Positions 21,055-30,355 of a DNA stretch of 64,000 bases are shown here, one piece after another. This stretch comes from Anaeromyxobacter sp. Lineage in GTDB: Bacteria; Myxococcota; Myxococcia; Myxococcales; Anaeromyxobacteraceae. The stretch's first letter is position 1, and each line of letters starts with the position of its first letter. The stretch lies in the NCBI GenBank assembly GCA_049840735.1, contig JASGJN010000019.1:46735-110734 (forward strand), in the 5' to 3' direction. The notes under the pieces were generated by a model. The model searched no databases. It saw nothing but the letters and a program-made list of their open reading frames with translations, and was not told the origin of the DNA. Position numbers and translations under genes: made by a program.

Positions 21055-21874
21055 TCACGCCCACGGCCGCAGCCGCTCCAGCTCCTCGCGGATGGCCTGA
21101 TCGTCCGGCGCGGCCTTGTGGGCGTCCTCGAGCCGCGCCACGGCCAGGCCGATGCGGCCGGCGGCGAGGTGGTCGAGCGCCTCGGCGTAGAGCTTCTGCG
21201 CCGCGGGCGAGCGCCCTGGCGCGCGATCGGGCAGCTCGCGCCCGAGCGCGTCGGCAGCGGCGGCGATCTCGGCGCGATCGAAGATGGCGCGCCAGGCGCC
21301 GGGGCCGGGCGAGCGGGTCGGATCCAGCACCACCTGCCGGCGCGACACCAGCGCGAAGAGCGCCCCCACGGCGCGCTGCGGGCCCGGGCCGAAGGACTTC
21401 ACCAGCGCCTCCACCGTCACGCCGCTGCCGATGCGGCGCAGCAGCGCCAGCTCCTCCGGCGCGAAGTCCACCAGGTAGCGGGGCGGCTCACCCAGGTAGA
21501 CGCGCGAGCGGGCCGGCAGCCGCTCCGGGACGCGGCGCACCGCGCCGGCCGCCACGGCGTCGGCGGCCAGCAGCGCCTCGAACCAGCCGCGGTCGGTGGC
21601 GCCGGGGGTGAAGCGGATGCCCAGCCGCGAGGGCGACTGCGCGCGCGACCAGATCACCTTCCCGTGGGCGCGGATGGCGCGGCCCGGCGTCGAGAATCTC
21701 CAGGCTCACCTCGCGCCCGGGCTCGATCAGCCGCGGCGTCACCAGCTGGCACCCGCTGGGCCCGAGGTCCTCCGTCTCCGCCGCCCAGGACGAGAACCGG
21801 TGGCGGACCTGGACCGCATAGCGGGCCGGGAGGCGCGGGGCGCGCCTGGGGTTGAGGACGTCGGTGACGTTCAA
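21055..21874 (-). CDS. PilZ-domain protein with C-terminal TPR-like helices (frameshift near 21695)
   Basis: PRRAPRLP (RxxxR) and EDLGPSGC (DxxxxG), continuing as GKVIWSR...LGIRF. Confidence 0.7.
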
Positions 21875-22066
21875 GATCGGGGACCTCTGCTGCGGGGGCC
21901 GGTGTGTATGCCAGGAACCTACTTGTCCTGGCAACAGGGGACGCGCCAACGCTCAACCGGGGCGCTCGAGCCACCAACCCGTGCTGATGGTGAGGAATTC
22001 CACTGCGAGCGGAATGAGACCTGTCCGTTGCGTCGCAGCGGGGGCCCGAAGCGCTAGGCTGGGGCC

Positions 22067-23187
22067 ATGGTGTCCCATCCTTCCCCGCACCGGATCGCCG
22101 ACGGCGAGGTGCTGGTCTACCGGCTCTTCGACGTGGCCGACGCGGTGGATCTGGCCCGCGCCGAGGGGCTGGTGACCGCGCCCAGCTCGCGCCTGCGCCT
22201 GGAGGGCGTCCAGTCCTCCTCCGCCCTCGAGTTCCCGCGCCCGCCCATCCAGATCCGCGTGGGCCGCCGCAGCGTGCCGCTCTCGGGCGGCGCGCGCGAG
22301 GTCGAGGCGGTGGCGCGGGTCTTCGATTTCGGCGTGATCTCGATCTGTTACCGCCTGCCGGTGGCCGCCGGGACGGCGCTCGAGGCGCTGGTGCCGCTGG
22401 CCGAGGAGCTGTTCGTGGCGCCCGCCCCGGCGCTGGACGCCGAGGCGCGCCGCGAGGCCGAGGCGGTGGCCGCGGCGCTGGCGCCGGCCCTGGAGCGGCC
22501 GCACAGCTGGGAAGGGCTGGAGGGCTACCAGGTGGTGCTGGTGCGGCGCTGGGAGGGCGGGCCGGTCGCCGCCACCGACCTCCTGGCGGGGGCCCCCATC
22601 CCCGCGCTGCTGCTGGGCGAGACCAGCCACGTGGCCCTGTCGGCGGCGGAGCGGCAGGACGTCCTCTCCCACCACTGGTCCTACCTGGAGGACGACCTGG
22701 CGGTGGTGCACTGGAACAGCGCCCTGGTGGTCGAGCCTTCGGGGGTGGAGGACATCCCGCACCTGCTCGAGTTCGCGACCGCGCACCTGCTGGAGCTGCG
22801 CTACTACGACGCCCTGCTCGACGGGGCGCTGCACCGGCTCTACGACGACATGGAGCGGGGCGGCAGCCCGGTGCTCGACATCCTGACGCGCCGTTACCGG
22901 GGGCTGCAGCGCCGCACCGCCGCGCTGCTGCTGGAGCTCTCCGAGATGACGGAAAGGCTGGAAAATGCGGTGAAAATCGTGGGCGACCTGTACCTGGCCC
23001 GCGTCTACCAGGGGGCCGTCCGGCGCTTCCGGCTGCCCGCGTGGCAGGAACCGTGCTGCGCAAGCAGCGGCTCGTCGCCGAGGTCAACGACCTGACCGGC
23101 GACGCGGCCGACGTGAGCCGCTCGGAGCTCCTGGAGATGGCCATCATCCTGCTGATCGTATTCGAGCTGGTGGCCGCCCTCCGGTGA
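22067..23187 (+). CDS. RMD1/DUF155-like membrane-anchored protein (frameshift near 23050)
   Basis: YRLFDVADAVDL...VFDFGVISI...LLELRYYD...ERLENAVK.VGDLYLARVY, with C-terminal LEMAIILLIVFEL in the shifted frame. Confidence 0.55.
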
Positions 23188-23282
23188 CGGACAGTGTGAG
23201 GATGAATCCCCCTGGGGCGCAACGATTCCGGGAGGCGATCGTCACGGCAGGCCCGTTTCAGGGTGATCCGTGCGGTCGAAAG

Positions 23283-23311
23283 TTGACGCCGGGATCCGGA
23301 AGCGATATCAG
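23283..23311 (+). promoter_or_regulatory. Putative sigma70 promoter of the HU gene
   Basis: TTGACG-17 nt-TATCAG. Confidence 0.45.
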
Positions 23312-23367
23312 CAAACCACTCGCCGCGTCACAAAACCCTTGCGGCGGTAGGAGCGGGAGGCTTTCAC

Positions 23368-23655
23368 ATGACGCAGGCTCAGTTCTTCCAGGCGGTGGCC
23401 GAGGGCTCGCAGCTTTCGAAGGCCCAGGTTCGCGCGGTGTTCGCGGCGGTCGAGGAGGTCGTCACCAAGAAGCTGAAGGCCGAGGGAAGATCCCCCTGGG
23501 CGGCCTCGGCGCGGTGAAGCTGGTGGACCGCAAGGCCCGCATCGGCCGCAACCCGGCCACGGGCGAGCAGATCAAGATCCCGGCCCGCACCGCGATCGAG
23601 AATCGCGCCGGCGAAGGCCCTGAAGGACCTGTTCAACAAGAAGGCGAAGAAGTAA
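23368..23655 (+). CDS. HU family DNA-binding protein (two compensating frameshifts; missed by the ORF track)
   Basis: GGAGG RBS; MTQAQFFQAVAEGSQLSKAQVRAVF...LGGLG...RKARIGRNPATGEQIKIPA...PAKALKDLFNKKAKK. Confidence 0.9.
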
Positions 23656-23705
23656 CAGCGCCCTTGCTTGAGCGCGGCGGGGCCTCGCGCCCCGCCATTG
23701 CTTCG

Positions 23706-23737
23706 ACGCCCGCCGGCCCATCGCCGGCGGGCGTTTT
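23706..23737 (+). terminator. Intrinsic terminator after HU
   Basis: acgcccgccggc-ccatc-gccggcgggcgt followed by a T-run. Confidence 0.7.
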
Positions 23738-23762
23738 ACATTCGTGGCGTCCCGGAGGCCGC

Positions 23763-24194
23763 ATGCCGCTCGTGGTGATCCCCGCCGACACGCCCGCGCT
23801 GCGCGCGCAGGCCATGGCCCTGCGCCTCGAGGTCTTCGTGGGCGAGCAGCAGGTGCCCGCGGAGCTGGAGCAGGACGAGCTGGACGCGGTCGCCTTCCAC
23901 GCCATCGCGCTGGAGGACGGCCGCTGCGTGGGCACCGGGCGGCTGGTCGAGCAGGCGGGCGGGGTGGGGCGGGTGGGGCGCATGGCCGTGGCCGCCACGC
24001 ACCGCGGCGCCGGCGTGGGCGGGCGCGTGCTGGCGCTGCTGGAGCAGCAGGCGCGCGCCTCGGGGCTGGGCGGGATCGAGCTGCACGCGCAGGTGCACGC
24101 CGAGGCCTTCTACGCGCGCCACGGCTACCGCCCGCACGGCGAGCGGTTCGAGGAGGCCGGGATCGAGCACGTGATCATGCGGAAGGCGCTGTAG
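23763..24194 (+). CDS. GNAT N-acetyltransferase (ElaA/YjcF-like)
   Basis: LRLEVFVGEQQVP.ELE.DELD...GRMAV...RGAGVG...LHAQ..AE.FY...F.EAGIEH..M. Confidence 0.85.
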   Translation: MPLVVIPADTPALRAQAMALRLEVFVGEQQVPAELEQDELDAVAFHAIALEDGRCVGTGRLVEQAGGVGRVGRMAVAATHRGAGVGGRVLALLEQQARASGLGGIELHAQVHAEAFYARHGYRPHGERFEEAGIEHVIMRKAL

Positions 24195-24206
24195 GGCGCG
24201 ATCCCT

Positions 24207-24510
24207 GCCCTTCGACTCCGCCGCCGCTTCGCGGCGGCTACGCTCAGGGCGAACGGGTGCCGTGGGCTTTGCGGGCCCGAGCGAGCCCGCCTGGCCGAGC
24301 GAGCCCGCCCGGCCTGAGCGAGCCTGCCTGGCCCGAGCGAGCCCGCCCGGCCTGAGCGAGCCTGCCTGGCCCGAGCGAGCCCGCCCGGCCTGAGCGAGCC
24401 CGCCTGGCCCGAGCGAGCCCGCCTGGCCCGAGCGAGCCCGCCCGGCCTGAGCGTGAACCCGTTCGGCCTGAGCGTAGGGCGCGCGACCAGCGCGCCCGGA
24501 GTCGAAGGCC
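24207..24510. repeat. Inverted pair of REP-like elements (24207-24256, 24459-24510) enclosing a 19-bp VNTR (24274-24453)
   Basis: Nine units of about ggccYgagcgagccYgccY plus a partial unit. Confidence 0.9.
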
Positions 24511-24530
24511 AGGAGATCGAACGGCAGGGC

Positions 24531-25262
24531 TCAGCCCACGTGCAGCAGCGCCCGCACCGTGCTCATGATGTCGGCGAACTGCACCGGCTTCTGCAGGTAG
24601 ACGTCCACGCCCACCTCGATGGCCCGGGCGCGCGCGTCGGGGCCGCCGGCCGAGATGACCATCACCGGCAGGTCGGCCAGCGCCGCGTCGGCGCGCATCT
24701 GCTCCACCAGCGTGAAGCCGTCCATGACCGGCATGTACAGGTCGGTCATGATCAGGTCGGGCTTGGGCGAGCTGGCCAGGCGCTGCAGCGCCTCGTGGCC
24801 GTCGTGCGCGAACTCCACGTTCACGCGCGCGCCGCCCTTCTCGCGGAGCTTCTTGAGCGCGTACTCGTACATCTCGAGCACGTGCACGTTGTCCTCGACC
24901 ACCAGCACGGTGAAGTCGCGCTTGGCCGGCCCGGGCGCCCGGGAGTTGTCCACGAGCGACGCCAGGCGCGCCTGGTGGCCCGGGTCGAGCACCCGGACCG
25001 CGACCCCGGGGGGGCCCTCGGCCGCGGAGGTCCGGACGCGGACCACCTCGACCTCGACCTCGACCGGATCGAGCAGGCCAGGGAAGCTGACGACCAGGGG
25101 GACGCGCTGCCCCACCTGGAGGTCGCGCTCGGTGCGGATGAACAGACCGCTGGCGGACAGGTTCTCGGTGGCGTCCCGGACAGCGGCCGGAAGCCCCGGG
25201 TAGTCGACCCGGAGGATCAGGGGGACGCGTGCGTCGCGACGCTTCTCTTTGCCGTGCTCCAT
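24531..25262 (-). CDS. PilZ - receiver domain protein
   Basis: KRRDARVP and NLSASG (PilZ); LVVEDN, TDLYMPVMDG, LQKP (REC). Confidence 0.85.
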   Translation of the reverse strand: MEHGKEKRRDARVPLILRVDYPGLPAAVRDATENLSASGLFIRTERDLQVGQRVPLVVSFPGLLDPVEVEVEVVRVRTSAAEGPPGVAVRVLDPGHQARLASLVDNSRAPGPAKRDFTVLVVEDNVHVLEMYEYALKKLREKGGARVNVEFAHDGHEALQRLASSPKPDLIMTDLYMPVMDGFTLVEQMRADAALADLPVMVISAGGPDARARAIEVGVDVYLQKPVQFADIMSTVRALLHVG

Positions 25263-25307
25263 GCGGGTGAAGGGAATATATCGCGGCGCGGAGGCGGGCG
25301 GTTCTCC

Positions 25308-25336
25308 TTGACAGTCCTACACCCCCTCACTAGCCT
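25308..25336 (+). promoter_or_regulatory. sigma70 promoter of nuoEFJK
   Basis: TTGACA-17 nt-TAGCCT. Confidence 0.65.
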
Positions 25337-25369
25337 GCCCCGGCATTTGGCCAGGCATCTCAGACCTTT

Positions 25370-25885
25370 ATGACCAATCCAGGTGCTGTGAGCGCGGCAG
25401 GCGACCTGCCGCGCGAGAAGGTCGAGCACTTCGACCGCGAGCTGGCCGGCATCCTCCAGCGCTATCCGCCGGACCGGAAGGCCGCCGCCATGATCCCAGC
25501 CCTGCGGCTGGGGCAGGAGCTGTTCGGCCACGTGTCACCGGGCGTGCAGGCCCTGGCGGCCGACCGGCTGGGCGTCTCGCCGGCCCGCGCGGAGGAGGTC
25601 GCGACCTTCTACGTGATGTTCCACACCGAGCCGGTGGGGCGGCACGTGGTCGAGGTCTGCACCAACATCTCCTGCTGCCTCTCCGGCGCCGAGCGGCTCT
25701 GGGAGCACCTCAGCCGCAAGCTGGAGGTGAAGAACGGCGGCACCACCGCCGACGGGCGGATCACGCTGCGCGAGGTCGAGTGCCTGGGGTCCTGCGGCAC
25801 CGCCCCGGCCATGCTGATCGACGAGGAGATGCACGAGCGGCTCTCGCTGGATCAGGTCGACCGGATCGTCGGGGGGCTCGAGTGA
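25370..25885 (+). CDS. nuoE: NADH-quinone oxidoreductase subunit E
   Basis: VATFY, CTNISC, ECLGSCGTAP [2Fe-2S] motif. Confidence 0.95.
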   Translation: MTNPGAVSAAGDLPREKVEHFDRELAGILQRYPPDRKAAAMIPALRLGQELFGHVSPGVQALAADRLGVSPARAEEVATFYVMFHTEPVGRHVVEVCTNISCCLSGAERLWEHLSRKLEVKNGGTTADGRITLREVECLGSCGTAPAMLIDEEMHERLSLDQVDRIVGGLE

Positions 25886-27204
25886 GCGACACCCTCATCA
25901 TCACCCGCCGCTGGGGCAAGCCGGACTCCGCCGCGCTCGAGACCTACCGCGCCGACGGCGGCTACCAGGCGCTGGAGAAGGCGCTGGGCATGGCGCCGGG
26001 CGCCGTCGTGGACGAGGTCAAGGCGTCCAACCTGCGCGGCCGCGGCGGCGCCGGCTTCGCCACCGGCCTCAAGTGGACCTTCCTGCCCAAGGACGTCCGG
26101 CCCCGTTACCTGACGGTGAACGCCGACGAGTCCGAGCCCGGCACGTTCAAGGACCGCTACATCATCGAGCACGACCCCCACCTGTTGATCGAGGGGATCG
26201 CCATCACCTGCGTCGCGCTCGACATCCACCGCGCCTACGTCTACATCCGCGGCGAGTTCGCCAAGCAGGCCCGCATCCTGGAGCAGGCGCTCGAGGAGGC
26301 CCGGGCGGCCGGCATCATCGGGGCCAAGGTGCTGGGGCGCGACTTCGACCTCGAGGTGCACGTGCACCGCGGCGCAGGCGCGTACATCTGCGGCGAGGAG
26401 TCGGCGCTGCTCGAGTCACTGGAGGGGAAGAAGGGCTACCCCCGGCTCAAGCCGCCCTTCCCGGCCGTGGTCGGGCTCTGGGGCAAGCCGACCATCATCA
26501 ACAACGTCGAGACCATCGCCAACATCCCCTGGATCGTGGCCAACGGCGGCGCGGCCTTCGCGGCGCTGGGCACCGGCAAGTCCGGCGGCACGCGCCTCTT
26601 CTGCGTCTCGGGCCACGTGAACCGGCCCGGCGTCTACGAGAAGCCGGTCCACTACAACCTGAAGAAGCTGATCATGGAGGACTGCGGCGGGATCGTGGGC
26701 GGCCGGAAGGTGAAGGCCGTGATCCCGGGCGGCTCCTCCGCGCCGATCCTCGCGGCGCACGAGATCGACGTCTCCATGGAGTTCGACGCGCTCAAGGCGG
26801 CCGGCACCATGGCCGGCTCGGGCGGCATCATCGTCTTCGACGAGTCCACCTGCATGGTCCGGGCGCTGGCCCGCGTGGCCAAGTTCTACGCCGAGGAGAG
26901 CTGCGGCCAGTGCACCCCCTGCCGCGAGGGCACCTCGTGGATGGAGGGCGTGCTGGAGCGGCTCGAGCACGGCCACGCCAGCGAGGCCGACGTGGCCAAG
27001 CTGGACCAGCTGGCCAGCAGCATCATGGGCATGACCATCTGCGCCCTGGGCGACGCCGCCGCCATGCCGGTCCAGTCGTTCCTGAAGAAGTTCCGCGACG
27101 AGTTCGTGCAGCACGCCCGCGAGCGCCGCTGCCCGCACGGCGACAGCGCCTGGGGGCTGGAGCAGGCCTCGCGCCAGGCGCAGGTCGGGGCGATCGTCTA
27201 CTGA
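25882..27204 (+). CDS. nuoF: NADH-quinone oxidoreductase subunit F
   Basis: LRGRGGAGF, NADESEPGTFKDR, GAGAYICGEE, ESCGQCTPCREG. GTG overlaps the nuoE stop. Confidence 0.97.
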   Translation: MSDTLIITRRWGKPDSAALETYRADGGYQALEKALGMAPGAVVDEVKASNLRGRGGAGFATGLKWTFLPKDVRPRYLTVNADESEPGTFKDRYIIEHDPHLLIEGIAITCVALDIHRAYVYIRGEFAKQARILEQALEEARAAGIIGAKVLGRDFDLEVHVHRGAGAYICGEESALLESLEGKKGYPRLKPPFPAVVGLWGKPTIINNVETIANIPWIVANGGAAFAALGTGKSGGTRLFCVSGHVNRPGVYEKPVHYNLKKLIMEDCGGIVGGRKVKAVIPGGSSAPILAAHEIDVSMEFDALKAAGTMAGSGGIIVFDESTCMVRALARVAKFYAEESCGQCTPCREGTSWMEGVLERLEHGHASEADVAKLDQLASSIMGMTICALGDAAAMPVQSFLKKFRDEFVQHARERRCPHGDSAWGLEQASRQAQVGAIVY

Positions 27205-27233
27205 TTGGTCTCCGCCGCAGGGGAGGTTCCAGC

Positions 27234-27740
27234 GTGAGCGTCACACCGGAGCAGGTCACCTTCTGGATCTTCGCCGTCCCCCTCGTGGCCACGGCCGCCG
27301 GGGTGGTGGCCGCGCGCAGCCCCGTCTACGCCGCCATGAACCTGGTGGCCGCGTTCTTCTTCATGGCGGGCATCTACGTGCTGCTGGTGGCCCACCTGAT
27401 CGCCTTCATGCAGATCCTGGTCTACGCCGGCGCGGTGATGGTGCTCTTCCTCTTCGTGATCATGCTGCTCTCGCTGGGCAACGAGCACCTGGAGAAGGAG
27501 CGCCACCGGGCCATGCAGTGGGCGGGCGCGGTCGGCGCCATCATGCTGGTGACGGTCATCGCCGTGGCCATCGCCGACGTGCAGACGGGCGAGCCGGCCC
27601 AGCTGCCGGCCGACTTCGGCGAGGTGAAGGCGGTGGGCTGGGTGCTGTACACGAAGTACCTGCTCCCCTTCGAGGCCACCAGCCTGCTGCTGCTGGCCGC
27701 CATCGTGGGCGCCGTGGTCGTCGCCAAGGAGCGGATCTGA
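27234..27740 (+). CDS. nuoJ: NADH-quinone oxidoreductase subunit J
   Basis: QILVYAGAVMVLFLFVIMLL, YLLPFEATSLLLLAAIVGAVV. Confidence 0.95.
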   Translation: MSVTPEQVTFWIFAVPLVATAAGVVAARSPVYAAMNLVAAFFFMAGIYVLLVAHLIAFMQILVYAGAVMVLFLFVIMLLSLGNEHLEKERHRAMQWAGAVGAIMLVTVIAVAIADVQTGEPAQLPADFGEVKAVGWVLYTKYLLPFEATSLLLLAAIVGAVVVAKERI

Positions 27741-27741
27741 C

Positions 27742-28044
27742 ATGGTACCGCTCGACCACTACCTGCTGCTGGCCGCCATCCTGTTCGGCATCGGCTTGCT
27801 GGGCGTGCTGCTGAAGCGCAACGCGCTCATCGTGATGATGAGCGTGGAGCTGATGCTCAACGCCGCCAACCTCACCTTCCTGGCCTTCGCGCGCCAGCAC
27901 GCCGACCTGGGCGGCCACGCCATCGCCTTCTTCGTGATCGCGGTGGCGGCGGCCGAGGCGGCGGTGGGCCTGGCGGTGGTGATCGCCATCTACCGGACCC
28001 GCGGCGCGGTCAACGTGGACGAGGTCCGGGCCCTGCGCGAGTAG
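27742..28044 (+). CDS. nuoK: NADH-quinone oxidoreductase subunit K
   Basis: RNALIVMMSVELMLNAANL, VAAAEAAVGLA. Confidence 0.97.
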   Translation: MVPLDHYLLLAAILFGIGLLGVLLKRNALIVMMSVELMLNAANLTFLAFARQHADLGGHAIAFFVIAVAAAEAAVGLAVVIAIYRTRGAVNVDEVRALRE

Positions 28045-28082
28045 CACACCGGAGCCCTTGGCGCGCCGCGGCGACTGCGCCT

Positions 28083-28132
28083 GCCCTTCGACTCCGCCGC
28101 CGCAGGGCGGCGGCTACGCTCAGGGCGACCGG
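28083..28132 (+). repeat. REP-like element
   Basis: gcccttcgactcc-gccgccgc agg gcggcggc-tacgctcagggcgaccgg. Confidence 0.85.
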
Positions 28133-28231
28133 ATGGCGAGCGGCGGGGATGGCCGACCGCGGCATCGCGTCCGGGGACGGGCCCGATGATTGCCGCGCGC
28201 CCGGCGGGTGCGGCGGGGTAAGCTCGGGCCA

Positions 28232-29154
28232 ATGCTCGCGCGCTGCGCCAGGTGTCAGGGCGACTTCACGACCGATAGCTTCGGGCTCCAGCGGTGTCCT
28301 CACTGCGGGTCGGAGCTCCTGCTGGCCGACCCCAACGCCCCGGCCGCGCCGCCGCCCGGCGACGCGACCGCGCCGGATCAGGGCAGCCCGCCGCCCGGCG
28401 GCTCGCCTCCCCGGGCTGGGTCCCGCCGTCCGTCCCGCCGCCGCCGCCGCCGCCCGCGCTCGAGCAGCTGCCGGCACCGTTCGCCGACCGCACCCGGCTG
28501 GGCTTCTTCCCCTCGTTCTGGGAGACCCTCAAGCTGATCGTCAGCCGCCCGACCGAGTTCTTCGGGCGGGTGCGGATCGACCAGTCCGGCTCGGCCATCC
28601 TCTTCGCGGCGCTGTCCATCACGGCGGGCGCGCTCTTCGAGACGCTCTACGCGCTGCTCCAGCAGCAGGGGATGCTCGCCGCCCTGCAGCAGTTCTCCCA
28701 GCAGTACGGGCTGAGCCCGGAGCAGGTGAGCACCTTCGAGCACCTGATCCGGGCGCAGGGCTTCCTGATGCTGCCGGTGACGGTCGCGGTCCACCTGGTG
28801 GCGCTGTTCGCGAGCGCCGGCGTCTTCCACCTCTGCCTGATGCTCTTCCGCGGCGCCAACCGCGGCTTCGACGCCACGCTCACCGTGGTCGCCTACGCGT
28901 TCGGGCTGCACCTGCTGATGGTGGTCCCGTTCTGCGGATCGACGGTCGCCCTGGTCTGGGAGGTGGTGGTGGTGATCATCGGCCTGGGCGCCGCCCACCG
29001 CTGCGGCACCGGCAAGGCGGCGGGCGCGGTGCTCACGCCGCTGCTGCTGGGCATCTGCTGCCTGTGCACCTGCCTGTTCGCGATGATCATGGCCGCTGCC
29101 AGCGCGGTGGGCCAGGTGCTCCACGGCGCCAACCCCGGCTCCGTGAACATGTGA
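28232..29154 (+). CDS. Zinc-ribbon / YIP1-like membrane protein (frameshift near 28410)
   Basis: MLARCARC...CPHCG, Pro-rich linker, FWETLKLIVSRPTEFF...F.ATL.VVAY, several TM helices. Confidence 0.7.
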
Positions 29155-29161
29155 GGGGGCG

Positions 29162-29557
29162 ATGATCCGCTGGGAGCGCACGCGCGGGTTCGGGTTCACG
29201 GAGGTCTACGCGTGCATCGCGGGGCTCTCCTTCCTGGTCGCGCGCTTCGTCCCGGTGCTCTCGCTCCACTTCCCGTGCCCGCTCAAGACGCTGGCCCATA
29301 CGCCCTGCGCCACCTGCGGGATGACGCACGCGTTCGTCTACCTGGCGCACGGGCGCGTGCTCGACGCGCTCGCCTGGAGCCCGCTGGGCGCGCTGCTGGC
29401 GGGGCTGGCCTGGACCTTCGCGCTGGCCGACGCGGTCCGCCTCGCGGCCGGCTGGCCGCTGCCCGTCCCTGACCAGCGCCTGGTCCGCCCGCTGGTGGTG
29501 GCGGGCCTGGCGGCGATGCTGGTCAACTGGGCCTACCTGGTGGTGAGGAACGCATGA
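29162..29557 (+). CDS. DUF2752-like membrane protein
   Basis: CPLK.....PCATCGMTHAF..L.HG....A....P motif. Confidence 0.75.
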   Translation: MIRWERTRGFGFTEVYACIAGLSFLVARFVPVLSLHFPCPLKTLAHTPCATCGMTHAFVYLAHGRVLDALAWSPLGALLAGLAWTFALADAVRLAAGWPLPVPDQRLVRPLVVAGLAAMLVNWAYLVVRNA

Positions 29558-30171
29558 GCACCAACGTCCTGGGCGCGCTGCTGGTGGCCTTCGGCTACCT
29601 CTGCGGCTCCATCCCCTTCGGCGTGGTGCTGGGCCGGCTGGTGGCCGGCGTGGATCCGCGCACCATGGGCTCCGGCAACATCGGCGCCACCAACGTGGCC
29701 CGCGCGGGCGGCAAGAAGCTGGGCGCGGTGGTGCTGCTGCTGGACGCGCTCAAGGCGCTGCTGCCCATCCTGCTCGCCCGCTGGCTGCTGTCCGGCGCCG
29801 CCCCGGCGGAGGCGGAGGCCTGGACCATGGGCGTGGCGGTGGCGGCGTTCGTGGGCCACCTCTTCCCGGTCTGGATCGGCTTCAAGGGCGGCAAGGGCGT
29901 GGCCACCGGGCTGGGCATCTTCCTGGTGCTGGCCCCCTGGGCGGCGCTGGCGGGCGTGGTGGCCTACGCGGCGGTCTACCTGGCGACGCGCACCTCGTCG
30001 CTGGGCTCGCTCACGGGCACGGCGGTCTGCTGCGCGGGCACCTTCCTGCTGCTGGGCGCCAGCCGCCCAGCCCCCTGGGCTGGCCTGGTCATCGCGCTCC
30101 TGGTCGTGCTCCGCCACCGCGAGAACATCCGGCGGCTGGTGATGGGCGAAGAGAAGAAGATGCGGCTCTAG
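29554..30171 (+). CDS. plsY: Glycerol-3-phosphate acyltransferase PlsY
   Basis: YLCGSIPFG, GSGNIGATN, GHLFPVW..FKGGKGVAT, RHRENI.RL. Confidence 0.95.
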   Translation: MSTNVLGALLVAFGYLCGSIPFGVVLGRLVAGVDPRTMGSGNIGATNVARAGGKKLGAVVLLLDALKALLPILLARWLLSGAAPAEAEAWTMGVAVAAFVGHLFPVWIGFKGGKGVATGLGIFLVLAPWAALAGVVAYAAVYLATRTSSLGSLTGTAVCCAGTFLLLGASRPAPWAGLVIALLVVLRHRENIRRLVMGEEKKMRL

Positions 30172-30240
30172 GGGTCGCGTCCTTCCGCATTACCCTTTCG
30201 GCCCCGCGGGGGCGCTCCCGGCCCTGTCCGATCCACCCCC

Positions 30241-30296
30241 TTGACCGCTCGCCCGGCTTGTCGGTACTTTGTCTCAGTCGCTGAGACATGGTTGCA
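30241..30296 (+). promoter_or_regulatory. Putative sigma70 promoter with overlapping palindromic operator
   Basis: TTGACC(30241)-18 nt-TACTTT(30265); perfect 8-3-8 palindrome TGTCTCAG tcg CTGAGACA at 30270-30288. Confidence 0.55.
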
Positions 30297-30355
30297 ACAC
30301 GGCGGTCCGGGCTGGGCGCCGGGCAACCAGCAAAAACAACAAGGACGGAGACGGG

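Noticed and set aside
23184..24194. HU-GNAT fusion
   Set aside because: This is an artefact of the HU frameshifts. HU has its own stop at 23655 and a terminator before the GNAT gene.
26073..27740. 555-aa ORF ending in NuoJ
   Set aside because: The upstream part is an off-frame shadow of nuoF. NuoJ starts at GTG 27234 after a GGAGG RBS.
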